From an uncultured bacterium (GTDB lineage: Bacteria; Chloroflexota; UBA5177; JANWHV01): a stretch of 64,000 bases of DNA. Location: positions 192,001-256,000 of the forward strand of contig CAVSOU010000017.1 of NCBI GenBank assembly GCA_963729625.1. Direction: 5' to 3'. The position numbers were made by a program, and so were the translations under genes. Positions 49,249 to 58,669 of this stretch are shown piece by piece; the first letter of the stretch is position 1, and each line of letters begins with the position of its first letter. A model generated the notes under the pieces. That model was given only the letters and a program-made list of their open reading frames with translations, ran no database searches and was not told the origin of the DNA.

Positions 49249-50076
49249 CTAGCCATGTGCGTGGTACTCCCGCTCAAACTCGCCGCCGCCAATGATGTCG
49301 GCGCCGGCCACGACCAGAATTCGCCCATGGACATGCAGCACGTCGACAGGGTAGCCGTAGAGCGCGCTCAGCACGTCTGGGCGCACTACCTCATCCACCG
49401 GACCGATGGCAGACCGGCCTTCCGCCAGGTAGAGCACGCGGTCCATCACGGGAAGCAAGGGGTTCATGTCATGGGCGACGAGCATGACGGCGACATCTTG
49501 CTCCCTGCCCAGTCGCGCCACCAGCTGCACGACCTCGTGCGCGCTGCGCAGATCGAGGTTGGCCAGAGGCTCGTCGAGCAGCAAGAGTCGTGGACGGGCC
49601 AGGAGTGCCTGCGCGATCATCAAACGCTGCTGCTCACCGCCCGACAGACGGCCAACCGGCGCGTTGGCAAATTCCAGCGCATCGACCCACTGCAAAGCCT
49701 CGTCAATGCGCATGCGCCTGGAGGCGCTGGGGATTGCGATACCCCACCGCTGCCCGTCGAGTCCCAGTGCGACCAGATCGCGGCCACGCAGCGGCGTGTC
49801 GGGATCGAACTGCTGCTTTTGCGGAACGTAGCCCAGCGCGACGTTTCCTCGCCTGACCGGCCGGCCAAACAAGTGGATCGACCCGGCCGTAGGCCGCAAC
49901 AGTCCGAGAATGACCCGCAAGAGGGTCGTCTTGCCGGCGCCGTTTGTCCCGATGACGCCGATGAATTCCCCCGACCGCACCGCGAGGCTGACATCGCGCA
50001 GGACCGGGCGGCCGCCCAGGTTCAGGCCGACGTGCTCCAGGCTCAAGATGGGAGCGGCCGCGACAGGATCCAACAT
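49249..50076 (-). CDS. Zn/Mn ABC ATPase
   Basis: GTNGAGKTT, GYVPQ, LSGGEQQR and LLLDEP. His-containing C-terminus. Confidence 0.92.
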   Translation of the reverse strand: MLDPVAAAPILSLEHVGLNLGGRPVLRDVSLAVRSGEFIGVIGTNGAGKTTLLRVILGLLRPTAGSIHLFGRPVRRGNVALGYVPQKQQFDPDTPLRGRDLVALGLDGQRWGIAIPSASRRMRIDEALQWVDALEFANAPVGRLSGGEQQRLMIAQALLARPRLLLLDEPLANLDLRSAHEVVQLVARLGREQDVAVMLVAHDMNPLLPVMDRVLYLAEGRSAIGPVDEVVRPDVLSALYGYPVDVLHVHGRILVVAGADIIGGGEFEREYHAHG

Positions 50077-50078
50077 TG

Positions 50079-51059
50079 TTACTCGATCTTTTCGGTCGAG
50101 ATGCCTTTGCTCAGGGCCAGCCTGGTGGCCTGGAGCTCGGCGAGCATCCACTGTTGATAGGTCCTGGACGATGGCTTCGTTTCGTAGACGCCGACGATGG
50201 CGATGCGATGGGACCGAGCGAGCCCGAGAAGCCTGACCGTGATCGGCGCCACGGCCTGCTGATTATAGAAGAAGGCCTTGACCTTGTTCGCGGTGAAGAG
50301 GTTGGTCTCAAGTTGTGCGTCCTGCGGCGACGGATCATTGCCTTCCATGATGGCCAGCGCGAAGGAGTTGGGCGTGAGGATCTTCAGACCGAGCGCCTGC
50401 GCCTCGTAGCTGAAGACGGGCTCGGTGATCGCAATGGGCGTGCCGGCGTACTGCTTTCTGAGCGCGGCAATTCCGTTGGTCCAAGGCTTGAGCGTGGCGT
50501 CGAAGCGGCGCAGGTTGGCGGCGAATGTTGCCGCGCCGGCCGGATCTTGCCGGCTGAGCGCGGCGGCAACCAGCGCGGCGACGCGCGGCATAGTGGTGGG
50601 ACTGTACCAGATATGCGGATTGTCACCAGTTTTGTAGCCCAGACTGGCGCCGGCGTCAAGCACTGTACGCCGGGCATTTGGCGAGGCGTTCTCCAGCTTG
50701 GCGATGAAAGAATCGTAGCCAATACCGTTCTGCACCACGAGTGTTGCCCTCGCCACCGCCGCAGCGTCAGTGGTATTGGATTCGTAGCTGTGAGGGTCGG
50801 TATTTGGATCGCTCAGTATGCTGAATACCGAGACGCGCGCGCCTCCAATCTGTTCGATCACGTCCCCGTACACGTTGGTCGAGGCGACGGCCTGGATCAC
50901 GGCGCCGGCAGCACGCGCGGTATGGGACTGCAGCCCCACCGCGCCAAGGGCAAGCGCAGCTACGGCCAGGAGCCGCGGCACGAGGCAACGGCCGCGATGG
51001 CGCCCACAGGATGTGCAGAACATAGAGACGCTCCAGCCAATCGGGGCGGTCATACTCAC
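50079..51059 (-). CDS. Zn/Mn ABC substrate-binding protein (ZnuA-like)
   Basis: DPHSYE, NGIGYD, NPHIWY and TEPVF. Start uncertain (51059, 51053 or 51023). Confidence 0.92.
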   Translation of the reverse strand: MSMTAPIGWSVSMFCTSCGRHRGRCLVPRLLAVAALALGAVGLQSHTARAAGAVIQAVASTNVYGDVIEQIGGARVSVFSILSDPNTDPHSYESNTTDAAAVARATLVVQNGIGYDSFIAKLENASPNARRTVLDAGASLGYKTGDNPHIWYSPTTMPRVAALVAAALSRQDPAGAATFAANLRRFDATLKPWTNGIAALRKQYAGTPIAITEPVFSYEAQALGLKILTPNSFALAIMEGNDPSPQDAQLETNLFTANKVKAFFYNQQAVAPITVRLLGLARSHRIAIVGVYETKPSSRTYQQWMLAELQATRLALSKGISTEKIE

Positions 51060-51156
51060 GGATGCGCTGCCTCGCGGCGCCCTGGCGTGCCCTTGCCGGG
51101 ACGCAGGAGCACTTGCCCGTCAACGCGCGATCACCTTCCGCGCGAGCCCGTTTCGA

Positions 51157-51213
51157 ATGATAACGATTATCATCAATAATCGTTATCATAGTCCGTTGCC
51201 CGGCGTGTGTCAA
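51157..51213 (-). promoter_or_regulatory. Promoter with overlapping double Fur/Zur box
   Basis: Minus strand TTGACA (51208-51213), N17, TATGAT (51185-51190). Perfect inverted repeat ATGATAACGATTAT-CATCA-ATAATCGTTATCAT (51157-51189). Confidence 0.85.
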
Positions 51214-51255
51214 TGGCTGCGCCTGAGATCGGGCATACTAAAGTGGTGCCACGCC

Positions 51256-51384
51256 GGAACGCGCACGGTGGTCATGTCTTGGCGATGGAGTGGGTGGCCG
51301 GCGCATCCACGGCGGACGAGGACAGCACCCGCCTCGGCGGGTCCCCGGCCCCCAGAATCGTGCGGTTCGATGGAGATCCCGTCG
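51256..51384 (+). repeat. Dispersed ~130-bp intergenic repeat, copy 2
   Basis: Same length and orientation as 35270-35398, with scattered substitutions. Confidence 0.85.
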
Positions 51385-51487
51385 GCTTCAGTCTAACGTC
51401 ATACGATTGCTCATCATGCCGCCTCTCAGCGTGTTGCCGGCTTCGCACGCTGTGCCCGGCAGCACATGTTGATTGGAGACATCGGTA

Positions 51488-53395
51488 ATGGCTTGTCTGT
51501 CCGCGCGCCGGGCGCGCGTGCTGTTCTTCGCCTGCACGCTGACCCTGGCTGCCGTCCTCCCGGCACGTGCCGCGCCACCGGCGACGCCGTTGCCGAGCCC
51601 CAGTCCGATGGCCTTGTCCGCGATGCTGAGCAGCGCGACCAATCCACCGCGCGATCTCCTGACGCTAGCCGCGCGGCTCAAGTTGCACACGGCGTTGCCC
51701 ATAGACCCTATCGTCAACACAACGCCGACGGATTATGCCGTAGGCCGCATGGACCAATTCTACGTCTGGACTGGAAGCGGCAGCCACCTGGTAGCCGCGC
51801 GGCTCGTCTCCAAGACGGCGCACGCCTACTTCTACGTGCAGAGCGGCATCAGCGTCGACCTCAACGCGCTGGCGCGCTCGGCCTCGACGTTCGAGAACAC
51901 CATCTATCCCACTGACACGGCAGCCTTTGGCCCGGTATGGACGCCGGGTATAGACAACGACCAGCATACGACGATCTTCAACGGCAGCCTGCAGGGGTCC
52001 GGCGCCGCCGGCTACGTGTCCGCTGAAGACCTCGATCCACGATCGGCGGCGCCGCAGAGCAACCAGCGCAAGATCCTCTATATCGACCTCGGCTCGAACG
52101 ATCCCGGCTCGCAAACCTATGACCAGACGCTGGCCCACGAGTTCCAGCACGTGATTCACGCGCACCTGCACCCGACAGATGAGGCGTGGCTGAACGAGGG
52201 AAGCTCGGTGCTGGCTCAGGTTCTGAACGGCTACAGCTCTGCCGGGGCCGATGAACAGAAGGCGCAGCAGCCCGACGCGCAGCTGGACGTGTGGGATCCG
52301 ACCAGCACTATCGGCTACGGCAACGGATTTATGTGGATGCTGTACCTGTACGAGCACTTCGGTGGTACGAAGGCAACGCGCATGGAACTCGCCGACAGCG
52401 GCCTCAGCGGCATGCACCTGTTCGACGATCTTTTGCCCAAGCTCGGTTACCAGGAAACCGCCAACCAGATGTTTGCCGACTGGGTGGTGGCGAACTTCCT
52501 GAACGATCCCGCGATCGACGGCGGCCGTTACGGCTACCAGCACACGCGGGTGCACATGCTGGCGACCAGCACGCAGCCGCTGCCCTTCGCGCAAACCACC
52601 ACGATGCACCAATATGCGGCGAACTACGTCGACATCGCACAAACCGCCGGCCGGCCCTTCACCCTGACCTTCGCCGGCCGCCCGACCGTGCCTCTGCTCA
52701 GCACGACGCCGCCCGCCACCGGATTCTGGTGGAGCAATCGGGGCGACAGCGTGGACGATACGCTGACGCTGCCACCGCTCGATCTGCGCCACGTGGCGCG
52801 AGCGAGCCTGCAGTACCAGCTGTGGTACGACCTCGAAAAGGACTATGACTACGGGTACGTGGAGGTCTCCGCGGACGGCGGCGCCACGTGGTACGTGCAG
52901 CGCACGGCGCGGACGACGAACAGCAATCCGAACGGAGCCAATCTTGGCAACGGCTATACAGGCTCGAGTTGCTCGCCGGTCACGCGGGCGCGGCAGTGCT
53001 GGCTGACGGAGCAGCTCGACCTTTCGGCCTACGTGGGGAAGCGCATCCTCGTACGATTCGAGCAGGTCACGGACGACGAGCTCAATCTGCAGGGCATCGC
53101 GCTGAGCGGAATTCGCGTGCCGGAAATCGGCTTCGACGGCGACAGCACGGCGGGCGGCTGGCAGCCGGCCGGCTGGGTGCGGGTGACGAACACGCTGGCT
53201 GAGCGGTGGATCGTGCAGGCCATCGTCTACGGACCGCACGGCGTTTCCGTGCTGCAAATGCCGGTGGGTGCCGACGGCCGCGGCAGTCTGCGCATCCCCG
53301 CGGGCAGCAGCCGGGTAGTGGTGGCCGTCTCGCCCCTGGCGCCGCTGACCACCGTCGCGAACACCTACACACTCGGCGCGTCGACCGGTAATTGA
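51488..53395 (+). CDS. Secreted zinc metalloprotease with immune-inhibitor-A-like beta domain
   Basis: Signal peptide. TLAHEFQHVIH...WLNEG zincin motif. C-terminal WYDLEKDYDYGYVEVSADGG and DLSAYVGK. Confidence 0.85.
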   Translation: MACLSARRARVLFFACTLTLAAVLPARAAPPATPLPSPSPMALSAMLSSATNPPRDLLTLAARLKLHTALPIDPIVNTTPTDYAVGRMDQFYVWTGSGSHLVAARLVSKTAHAYFYVQSGISVDLNALARSASTFENTIYPTDTAAFGPVWTPGIDNDQHTTIFNGSLQGSGAAGYVSAEDLDPRSAAPQSNQRKILYIDLGSNDPGSQTYDQTLAHEFQHVIHAHLHPTDEAWLNEGSSVLAQVLNGYSSAGADEQKAQQPDAQLDVWDPTSTIGYGNGFMWMLYLYEHFGGTKATRMELADSGLSGMHLFDDLLPKLGYQETANQMFADWVVANFLNDPAIDGGRYGYQHTRVHMLATSTQPLPFAQTTTMHQYAANYVDIAQTAGRPFTLTFAGRPTVPLLSTTPPATGFWWSNRGDSVDDTLTLPPLDLRHVARASLQYQLWYDLEKDYDYGYVEVSADGGATWYVQRTARTTNSNPNGANLGNGYTGSSCSPVTRARQCWLTEQLDLSAYVGKRILVRFEQVTDDELNLQGIALSGIRVPEIGFDGDSTAGGWQPAGWVRVTNTLAERWIVQAIVYGPHGVSVLQMPVGADGRGSLRIPAGSSRVVVAVSPLAPLTTVANTYTLGASTGN

Positions 53396-53432
53396 CCAGG
53401 CGAGGACACCGTGCCGAGCGAGCCCCGTCGCA

Positions 53433-55541
53433 TCAGCCGCCTGCTGGCCTTGCAGGACCGGCTTTCACCCGCCGCTTACCGTTTCCGTCGATGATCTGGT
53501 GCCAGGCATCGTTCTCAGGACCACCGAATATCTCGGAAAGGGCCTTTGGAACAAGTTTGTTGGCGCGAGCATTGCGGTCAGTCTGAAATGCAGGTAGGGC
53601 CTTCTCCAAGACACCGATGATACGTCCCCAGAAGCACCCGTCGGCGCGCATGTACTCCATAGCCTGGCGGTCTGCCCGCAGGGCATTGATCGCGCGCCGC
53701 TCATAGGCGGCGAGTGCGTCTTGATCGACGTCCACGTTACTGTGAGCGTCCTCACCAGCCATCTCGGCAGCCGTGCTTAGCTCAGCCCGGAATCGCTCTC
53801 GTAGCTCGCAGGAAAACGTCGGCACCCCTGCCCTGCCGTAGTGCGGGTCGAGCGGCGAATACATGTTCTCGAAAGACAGAACTCGGATGGCCACAGGGTA
53901 GGCCTGTCCGCCAACCGAACTCCAGAAGACGCCCTGTCCCGGTATCGGCTCATTGAGCAAGCCGCTCAGCAGATCGTCACTAAAGTGAGCATTGGCACGC
54001 TGCAGGGTCATCAGGTCGGCCGACGATAGCAGATGGAAGACAAACCAATTGTCGCCCTGGCTCAGGATTTCACCTGGAATGCTGCCGGGCTGCTGGGTAA
54101 CCAGCATTGCACCCAGATCGTACTTCCGTCCTTCCTTGATCCAGGCGATAAAGGGCTCAGACGAGGCATCTCCCTCGTGCAAGACGGATTGCGCTTCCTC
54201 AATGACCGCGATGGTCGGGATGGTGCGCGACTCGGCCTCGGTGAATTGTTGCTGATTATGGTCGAAGATGCGGCGCAAGATCAACCCGGACAAGATCATC
54301 GCCTGGCTGCCACGCAATTGGCTCACGTCGACAACGCAGAGCTTGCCTTCACGCAACGCAACCAGGAGCATGTCGAGGAACTGGCTGCGGGAATCATGGA
54401 TGGTGTGCACGATCTGGACAATATTGCTGCGCGCCGCAAGCGCTTCCGCCTCCTGTTTGACCGGGTCCAGGTCGAGAAGCCGGCACATATCCTCGATAGG
54501 GGTCTGGTATCCTCCCGCCGCGACAACTTTCACCAGCTCTTCCCATCGCCCCTGCGGCAGAGCACGCAGCTTACGCACGTTCTGCTGGTCTTGGCGCTCG
54601 GGTGACACGGCGATAGAGATGACGTCGCCAGCCGACATACGGCGCAGATCCAGCTTGATCGGGCCGGCCACGAACGACTGGTAGAACGGGCTTGGGCCCT
54701 TGCGCGACGTGAAGACGACGACCTTGTCCTGGAGATCAGGCACATCGCAGAGGCCCGGCCGTCCTTTATCGTCCGGCCAGAAGTATTCCCCGTCCGGATC
54801 GAAGATCACGGTGCCGACCGGGACCTCTCTGTCGCCGCGTTTGCGCACGGTCGGCGTGGTCGCGTACAGCGTGCTGAACAGCAACTTGTTGAGGTTGGAC
54901 TTGCCGAAACCGGCACGCGCGAAGATGAACGAGCGCCGCGCCACCAGGCTCTGAACAGGAAACTTCACCAGAATCTCGGGCGTCTTCACCTGCATGCCGT
55001 CCAGCAGGCTCGCGTCTGCGCTCCGATCGCAGTAGATGTACTCGCCCAGCGCGAAGTGCCCGATTGGCGCCCCATCTACGTTGTGCCCGGCGATCTCGCG
55101 CAATACTTCGCCAGTGGGGAAGGCCACCGGGCTGCCGACGTGGGGCAGCCGGCGATGCGACGGCAGAAATGTGATTCCAGGTCTATCCGCAATGGCATGA
55201 CTGCGCAGGACGCCGAGGATGCGGATGTTGACGCGATACTTCAGATACTGTTCTCGCAGGTCTTCGGGCACCTCACGATGCTCGAGCACGGCTCTAATGG
55301 TGAACTCTTCGCCAGAGCCGAACGACAGCTTGCCCTCGCTGGAGAAGGAGGCAATCCGCCCCAGCACGGCCTCTTCGGGTGTCTCCAACTGCACCAACAG
55401 GAACTGTCCGTGCATGGGAGAACTCTGGAACTCATTCCGGTATGGCAGAGCCAGCTCGGCATGGAACTCCAGCCCACCCTCGCGGAATCCCCGGAAGACG
55501 CCGACGATGAGGTCCTGGCTGAAGAGCTTGAGTGCCGCCAA
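53433..55541 (-). CDS. herA: HerA/FtsK-family ATPase (HerA-like)
   Basis: N-terminal HAS-barrel-like region, Walker A FIFARAGFGKS, VIFDPDGEY, Walker B IAVIEEAQ, and arginine-finger motif EGRKYDLGAMLVTQQP. TTG start with RBS GGGAGG. Confidence 0.85.
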   Translation of the reverse strand: MAALKLFSQDLIVGVFRGFREGGLEFHAELALPYRNEFQSSPMHGQFLLVQLETPEEAVLGRIASFSSEGKLSFGSGEEFTIRAVLEHREVPEDLREQYLKYRVNIRILGVLRSHAIADRPGITFLPSHRRLPHVGSPVAFPTGEVLREIAGHNVDGAPIGHFALGEYIYCDRSADASLLDGMQVKTPEILVKFPVQSLVARRSFIFARAGFGKSNLNKLLFSTLYATTPTVRKRGDREVPVGTVIFDPDGEYFWPDDKGRPGLCDVPDLQDKVVVFTSRKGPSPFYQSFVAGPIKLDLRRMSAGDVISIAVSPERQDQQNVRKLRALPQGRWEELVKVVAAGGYQTPIEDMCRLLDLDPVKQEAEALAARSNIVQIVHTIHDSRSQFLDMLLVALREGKLCVVDVSQLRGSQAMILSGLILRRIFDHNQQQFTEAESRTIPTIAVIEEAQSVLHEGDASSEPFIAWIKEGRKYDLGAMLVTQQPGSIPGEILSQGDNWFVFHLLSSADLMTLQRANAHFSDDLLSGLLNEPIPGQGVFWSSVGGQAYPVAIRVLSFENMYSPLDPHYGRAGVPTFSCELRERFRAELSTAAEMAGEDAHSNVDVDQDALAAYERRAINALRADRQAMEYMRADGCFWGRIIGVLEKALPAFQTDRNARANKLVPKALSEIFGGPENDAWHQIIDGNGKRRVKAGPARPAGG

Positions 55542-55555
55542 TTGCAGCCTCCCTT

Positions 55556-56698
55556 CTACGAATAGCGGGCCTGCGCTGGATCTTCGTCGCGTAACCGGAA
55601 GATGTCCAGGGCAGATGACTGCAGACCAAGCGACGTCCGGATTCCTTCGAAGATCTCGTCCTGCAGGATGTCGAGGTCGAATCCCACCAAAGCCGCGTGG
55701 TCGTGTGCCTGTTGCAAACAGCGTGGATAGAACGGCACGGGAAAGCCCTGCACCGCGTCATACAGCAGCGAACCCAGTATCACTTGCGCGGAGAGTACCT
55801 GCGGTTCATACACGTCGACGGGCCAGATGGGGTCACGCGTCGCCGAACCGAACTTCGCCCAGAAGAGCCTGCCCGCCACACGCAGGTTTCCGCCCTCGTG
55901 GTCACGTCCGGCATTGAGCCCAATCCTGTACTGCGATCGATGGCCGGCTCGCTCCTCCAGCTCGCGCGGCACCTCGACATAGGCGGCGTACGGCACCGCA
56001 AGCACGCCTTCCAATGCCATCGCCAGCCGGTAGCGGTCGAGGACCTTGCTGCGCTTGGCCACGCCGACGAGGTATACGCGGCTGTGGTTGCGCTGCCAGT
56101 GGCGGTCAATCGATTCCGACATCCCCTCCATCAGGCGCGCAAAAAGGTCCCGGGCAAACACCACGCTGCGCAAGAGTCCGTCGAACACGATCAGCGTGTC
56201 ATTGCCGAAGTCCTTGGTCCGCACGAGATAGAACAGCACGGCCCACTCGATAAGCTCGCGATACGTTCTGATCCAGCCGGGATTGGCGGCCCGACCATCC
56301 GTACTGGCCTGAATCAGCTGGCTCAGTTCTGAGAGATGGCGGACACCAAGATACGCCATCATCTCGCCCAGCCGGGTGGCCTCTCCCTCACTGCCGAACT
56401 GGTGCGCGCTCAGCTCGTCAATGTTGGTGTTCGGCGTGACGACCTCCAGGCAGTGGCTGTTGTTGGCCGAGTCGACCACGCGGACCATCTGGATGAGGAA
56501 CGGGTCAAACTGCAGCTGATTGTTGCCGCCGTCCGCGGCGACCAGCGAAATGGAGCTGGTATTGCGCTGCTGGATGCGGCGCGTTTCGCCCACCAGCGGC
56601 TGTATCTCAGCTCGCAGCTTGTCGAGCAGGTGCCGGTCCGCGGCAATGCTCGCCGCGATGGACCGGCGCAGCTTCTCACGTTCGTCGGTGTCGATCAT
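55556..56698 (-). CDS. nurA: NurA-like nuclease (RNase H fold)
   Basis: VAADGG, ELIE, IVFDGLL, LVGVAKRS and FYPRCLQQAH..A motifs. Ends 14 bp upstream of the HerA-like gene. Confidence 0.78.
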   Translation of the reverse strand: MIDTDEREKLRRSIAASIAADRHLLDKLRAEIQPLVGETRRIQQRNTSSISLVAADGGNNQLQFDPFLIQMVRVVDSANNSHCLEVVTPNTNIDELSAHQFGSEGEATRLGEMMAYLGVRHLSELSQLIQASTDGRAANPGWIRTYRELIEWAVLFYLVRTKDFGNDTLIVFDGLLRSVVFARDLFARLMEGMSESIDRHWQRNHSRVYLVGVAKRSKVLDRYRLAMALEGVLAVPYAAYVEVPRELEERAGHRSQYRIGLNAGRDHEGGNLRVAGRLFWAKFGSATRDPIWPVDVYEPQVLSAQVILGSLLYDAVQGFPVPFYPRCLQQAHDHAALVGFDLDILQDEIFEGIRTSLGLQSSALDIFRLRDEDPAQARYS

Positions 56699-56800
56699 GC
56701 GCGGCCATCCCCCTCGTCACTGAATCACGCGCACAGGCGTATTCGCGACGATTTGCCCCTATCCGTGCCATCGTACGCCTTGGGCGTGTTGTCGCCAATC

Positions 56801-58669
56801 CTACGAATGGCTGAAGAAGGCGCGGCCTTGCGGAAAAATGGGCTCTACCAACAACGAGCGATCGAGGTACTTATTACCGCGCTCGCACGCCGTCTCGGGA
56901 GCGAACAAACAACTGTGGCAGGCCGCGCCGTGCAGGGTCAAGCTGTGCTGGCTCGGCAGATGCTCGGCGCACAGGGGATCGGACGAACACAACCCGGCCT
57001 CTTCCAGCGCGAGATCAAGCAACCGGCCAAGCGTCTCAGGTTCACCAAGGCTGACGAGGCCGCCGAGTGTGCCCTCGCTGTCCGGCGCCGCCGTGTAGAT
57101 CAGCACGCCCGCCATCGGCCCATCTTCATCAAGCGGAGGAAGCGAGTAGATTCGCTCGCAGATGCTTGAGGCGGTGTATCCGCACTCGAGAGAGAGCCGG
57201 CGCATCAAGGCGTGCGAGAAGGAATGCAGAAGCACGTAACGCAGACCGGGAAAGTTGCTTCCTGCCGGGACCAGATGATGGCTCGTTCGCCAGGCCTTGT
57301 GGCCCTGAAAGAACTCCGCCCGCCAGCTTTCGAGCGCCGGCTGTTCCTCCCACGCCTGTATTGCTTCCTCACGGAAGCGGATGAAGATGCCTTCACCCCG
57401 CACCTCCGAGGCTGGGACCCATTTGGGGTCCTGTCTGGAAAGCGGCGCTCTCCGGTCCACCGGCACCTCTTCCGTTTCGGAGATATCGCCGGGCGAGACG
57501 ATGCGCGTAAAGCCGAGTAGAGCCCGCACTTCGCGCAGACGCTCCACGAGTACGACGCCGCTTATCTGCTCGCTATACCCCGCGGGCGGGGCCACCGGCC
57601 GCAAGCGGAAATCTCGCGTCTCCTGGTCAGGATCGGGGTCGGAGAATATTCGCCACTCCGCGGTGCGCAACTTGCCGGGCTTCCGCGACTCGGCCAGTGT
57701 GCCGCCGCCGCGGTGCCGCTCAATGGCCTCCCACAATTCGGTGTTATCGACCGAAGCAAATGCCGGCAAATGGCCCAGTTCCCTCAGCAAGGCGAGGCGG
57801 TCCGGATTCGTGACCTTGCTCAGCGTGACCCACTGTTGCTCGACCAGCCGCCCCAGCGCATCATGAGCGCTGGGAATGGCCAAAGCCGACACGCTCACAG
57901 GGAACCAGAAGTTGGACGCCCCGAGCAGAATGGCCCGATGTTGCTCCTGGCAGGTCTTGTCACTGTAGTCGCGAAGATGCGGTCTGCGGCCGCTGCAGTT
58001 GAGATGGTGCAGGGCGCTGTCGGGCCCAAAGGCTTCGGCCATGCTGCGCCGTGCCTGGCAATTCTCACACTCGACCGTCACTTCCGCCGCTTCGCCGGAC
58101 ACACCGAACTCATGGAGCTTCAGCCGCGGTGCCTGACAGACGGTGGCGTACCCCTTGTGCACGTACCAGACCCAGGGGAAGTCGTCGAGGTGACCAGCCT
58201 GGCAGGCAACGAGGAACCGCGCCGGAATGGCCGCCGGTTTGGGTGGCTTTCGCGTGCAGTTGTGATGAATATAGCGCGAGCGGTCAGTGCGGTAGGGGTC
58301 GATAGTAAGTTTAAAGAGTTCACTGCTCACCGGCGCCAGGCGCCGGCAGAAGGGGCAGACCAGCCAGCGAGGGAAGGTCGCGACCGGGATCCCGACGTCG
58401 TTGGCTTGGCCGTAGGGGCCGCCTAGATCCCCGTCCAGCAGGTGAGGTGCCGCACGCATACTTTCCACCTGCGTACCGAGTACCTGGCGCACCGCCTCGA
58501 GCAGCCGATCCTCGCCGATTTCCTGTGCGTAGGTGCCGTCCCAGTCCTCCAGGCCCATCACCAACGTGGCCATGTTGGGCAGATCGATAATCGCGCCGAC
58601 GCCGAACGTCACGAGAGTCTGGCTGGGCCGCACTTCGCCGACGCGGCTGCTTCGCGACGCAGGTTTCAC
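56801..58669 (-). CDS. drmB: DISARM DrmB (DUF1998)
   Basis: GEVRPSQ..TFGVGAIIDLP, HSFSHALMRRLSLECGY, GTLGGL and CSSDPLC...ACHSC..PETACE.GN.YLDR. GTGA overlap with drmA. Confidence 0.92.
   Translation of the reverse strand: MKPASRSSRVGEVRPSQTLVTFGVGAIIDLPNMATLVMGLEDWDGTYAQEIGEDRLLEAVRQVLGTQVESMRAAPHLLDGDLGGPYGQANDVGIPVATFPRWLVCPFCRRLAPVSSELFKLTIDPYRTDRSRYIHHNCTRKPPKPAAIPARFLVACQAGHLDDFPWVWYVHKGYATVCQAPRLKLHEFGVSGEAAEVTVECENCQARRSMAEAFGPDSALHHLNCSGRRPHLRDYSDKTCQEQHRAILLGASNFWFPVSVSALAIPSAHDALGRLVEQQWVTLSKVTNPDRLALLRELGHLPAFASVDNTELWEAIERHRGGGTLAESRKPGKLRTAEWRIFSDPDPDQETRDFRLRPVAPPAGYSEQISGVVLVERLREVRALLGFTRIVSPGDISETEEVPVDRRAPLSRQDPKWVPASEVRGEGIFIRFREEAIQAWEEQPALESWRAEFFQGHKAWRTSHHLVPAGSNFPGLRYVLLHSFSHALMRRLSLECGYTASSICERIYSLPPLDEDGPMAGVLIYTAAPDSEGTLGGLVSLGEPETLGRLLDLALEEAGLCSSDPLCAEHLPSQHSLTLHGAACHSCLFAPETACERGNKYLDRSLLVEPIFPQGRAFFSHS

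Noticed and set aside
51665-53257. Long antisense ORFs (530 aa here; also 39744-41318, 26155-27342, 31539-32615)
   Set aside because: Shadow frames of well-supported genes on the opposite strand, which are common in high-GC DNA.
56336-57169. 277-aa plus-strand ORF near the position where drmC would be expected
   Set aside because: It is an antisense shadow of drmB/nurA with no HKD motif.
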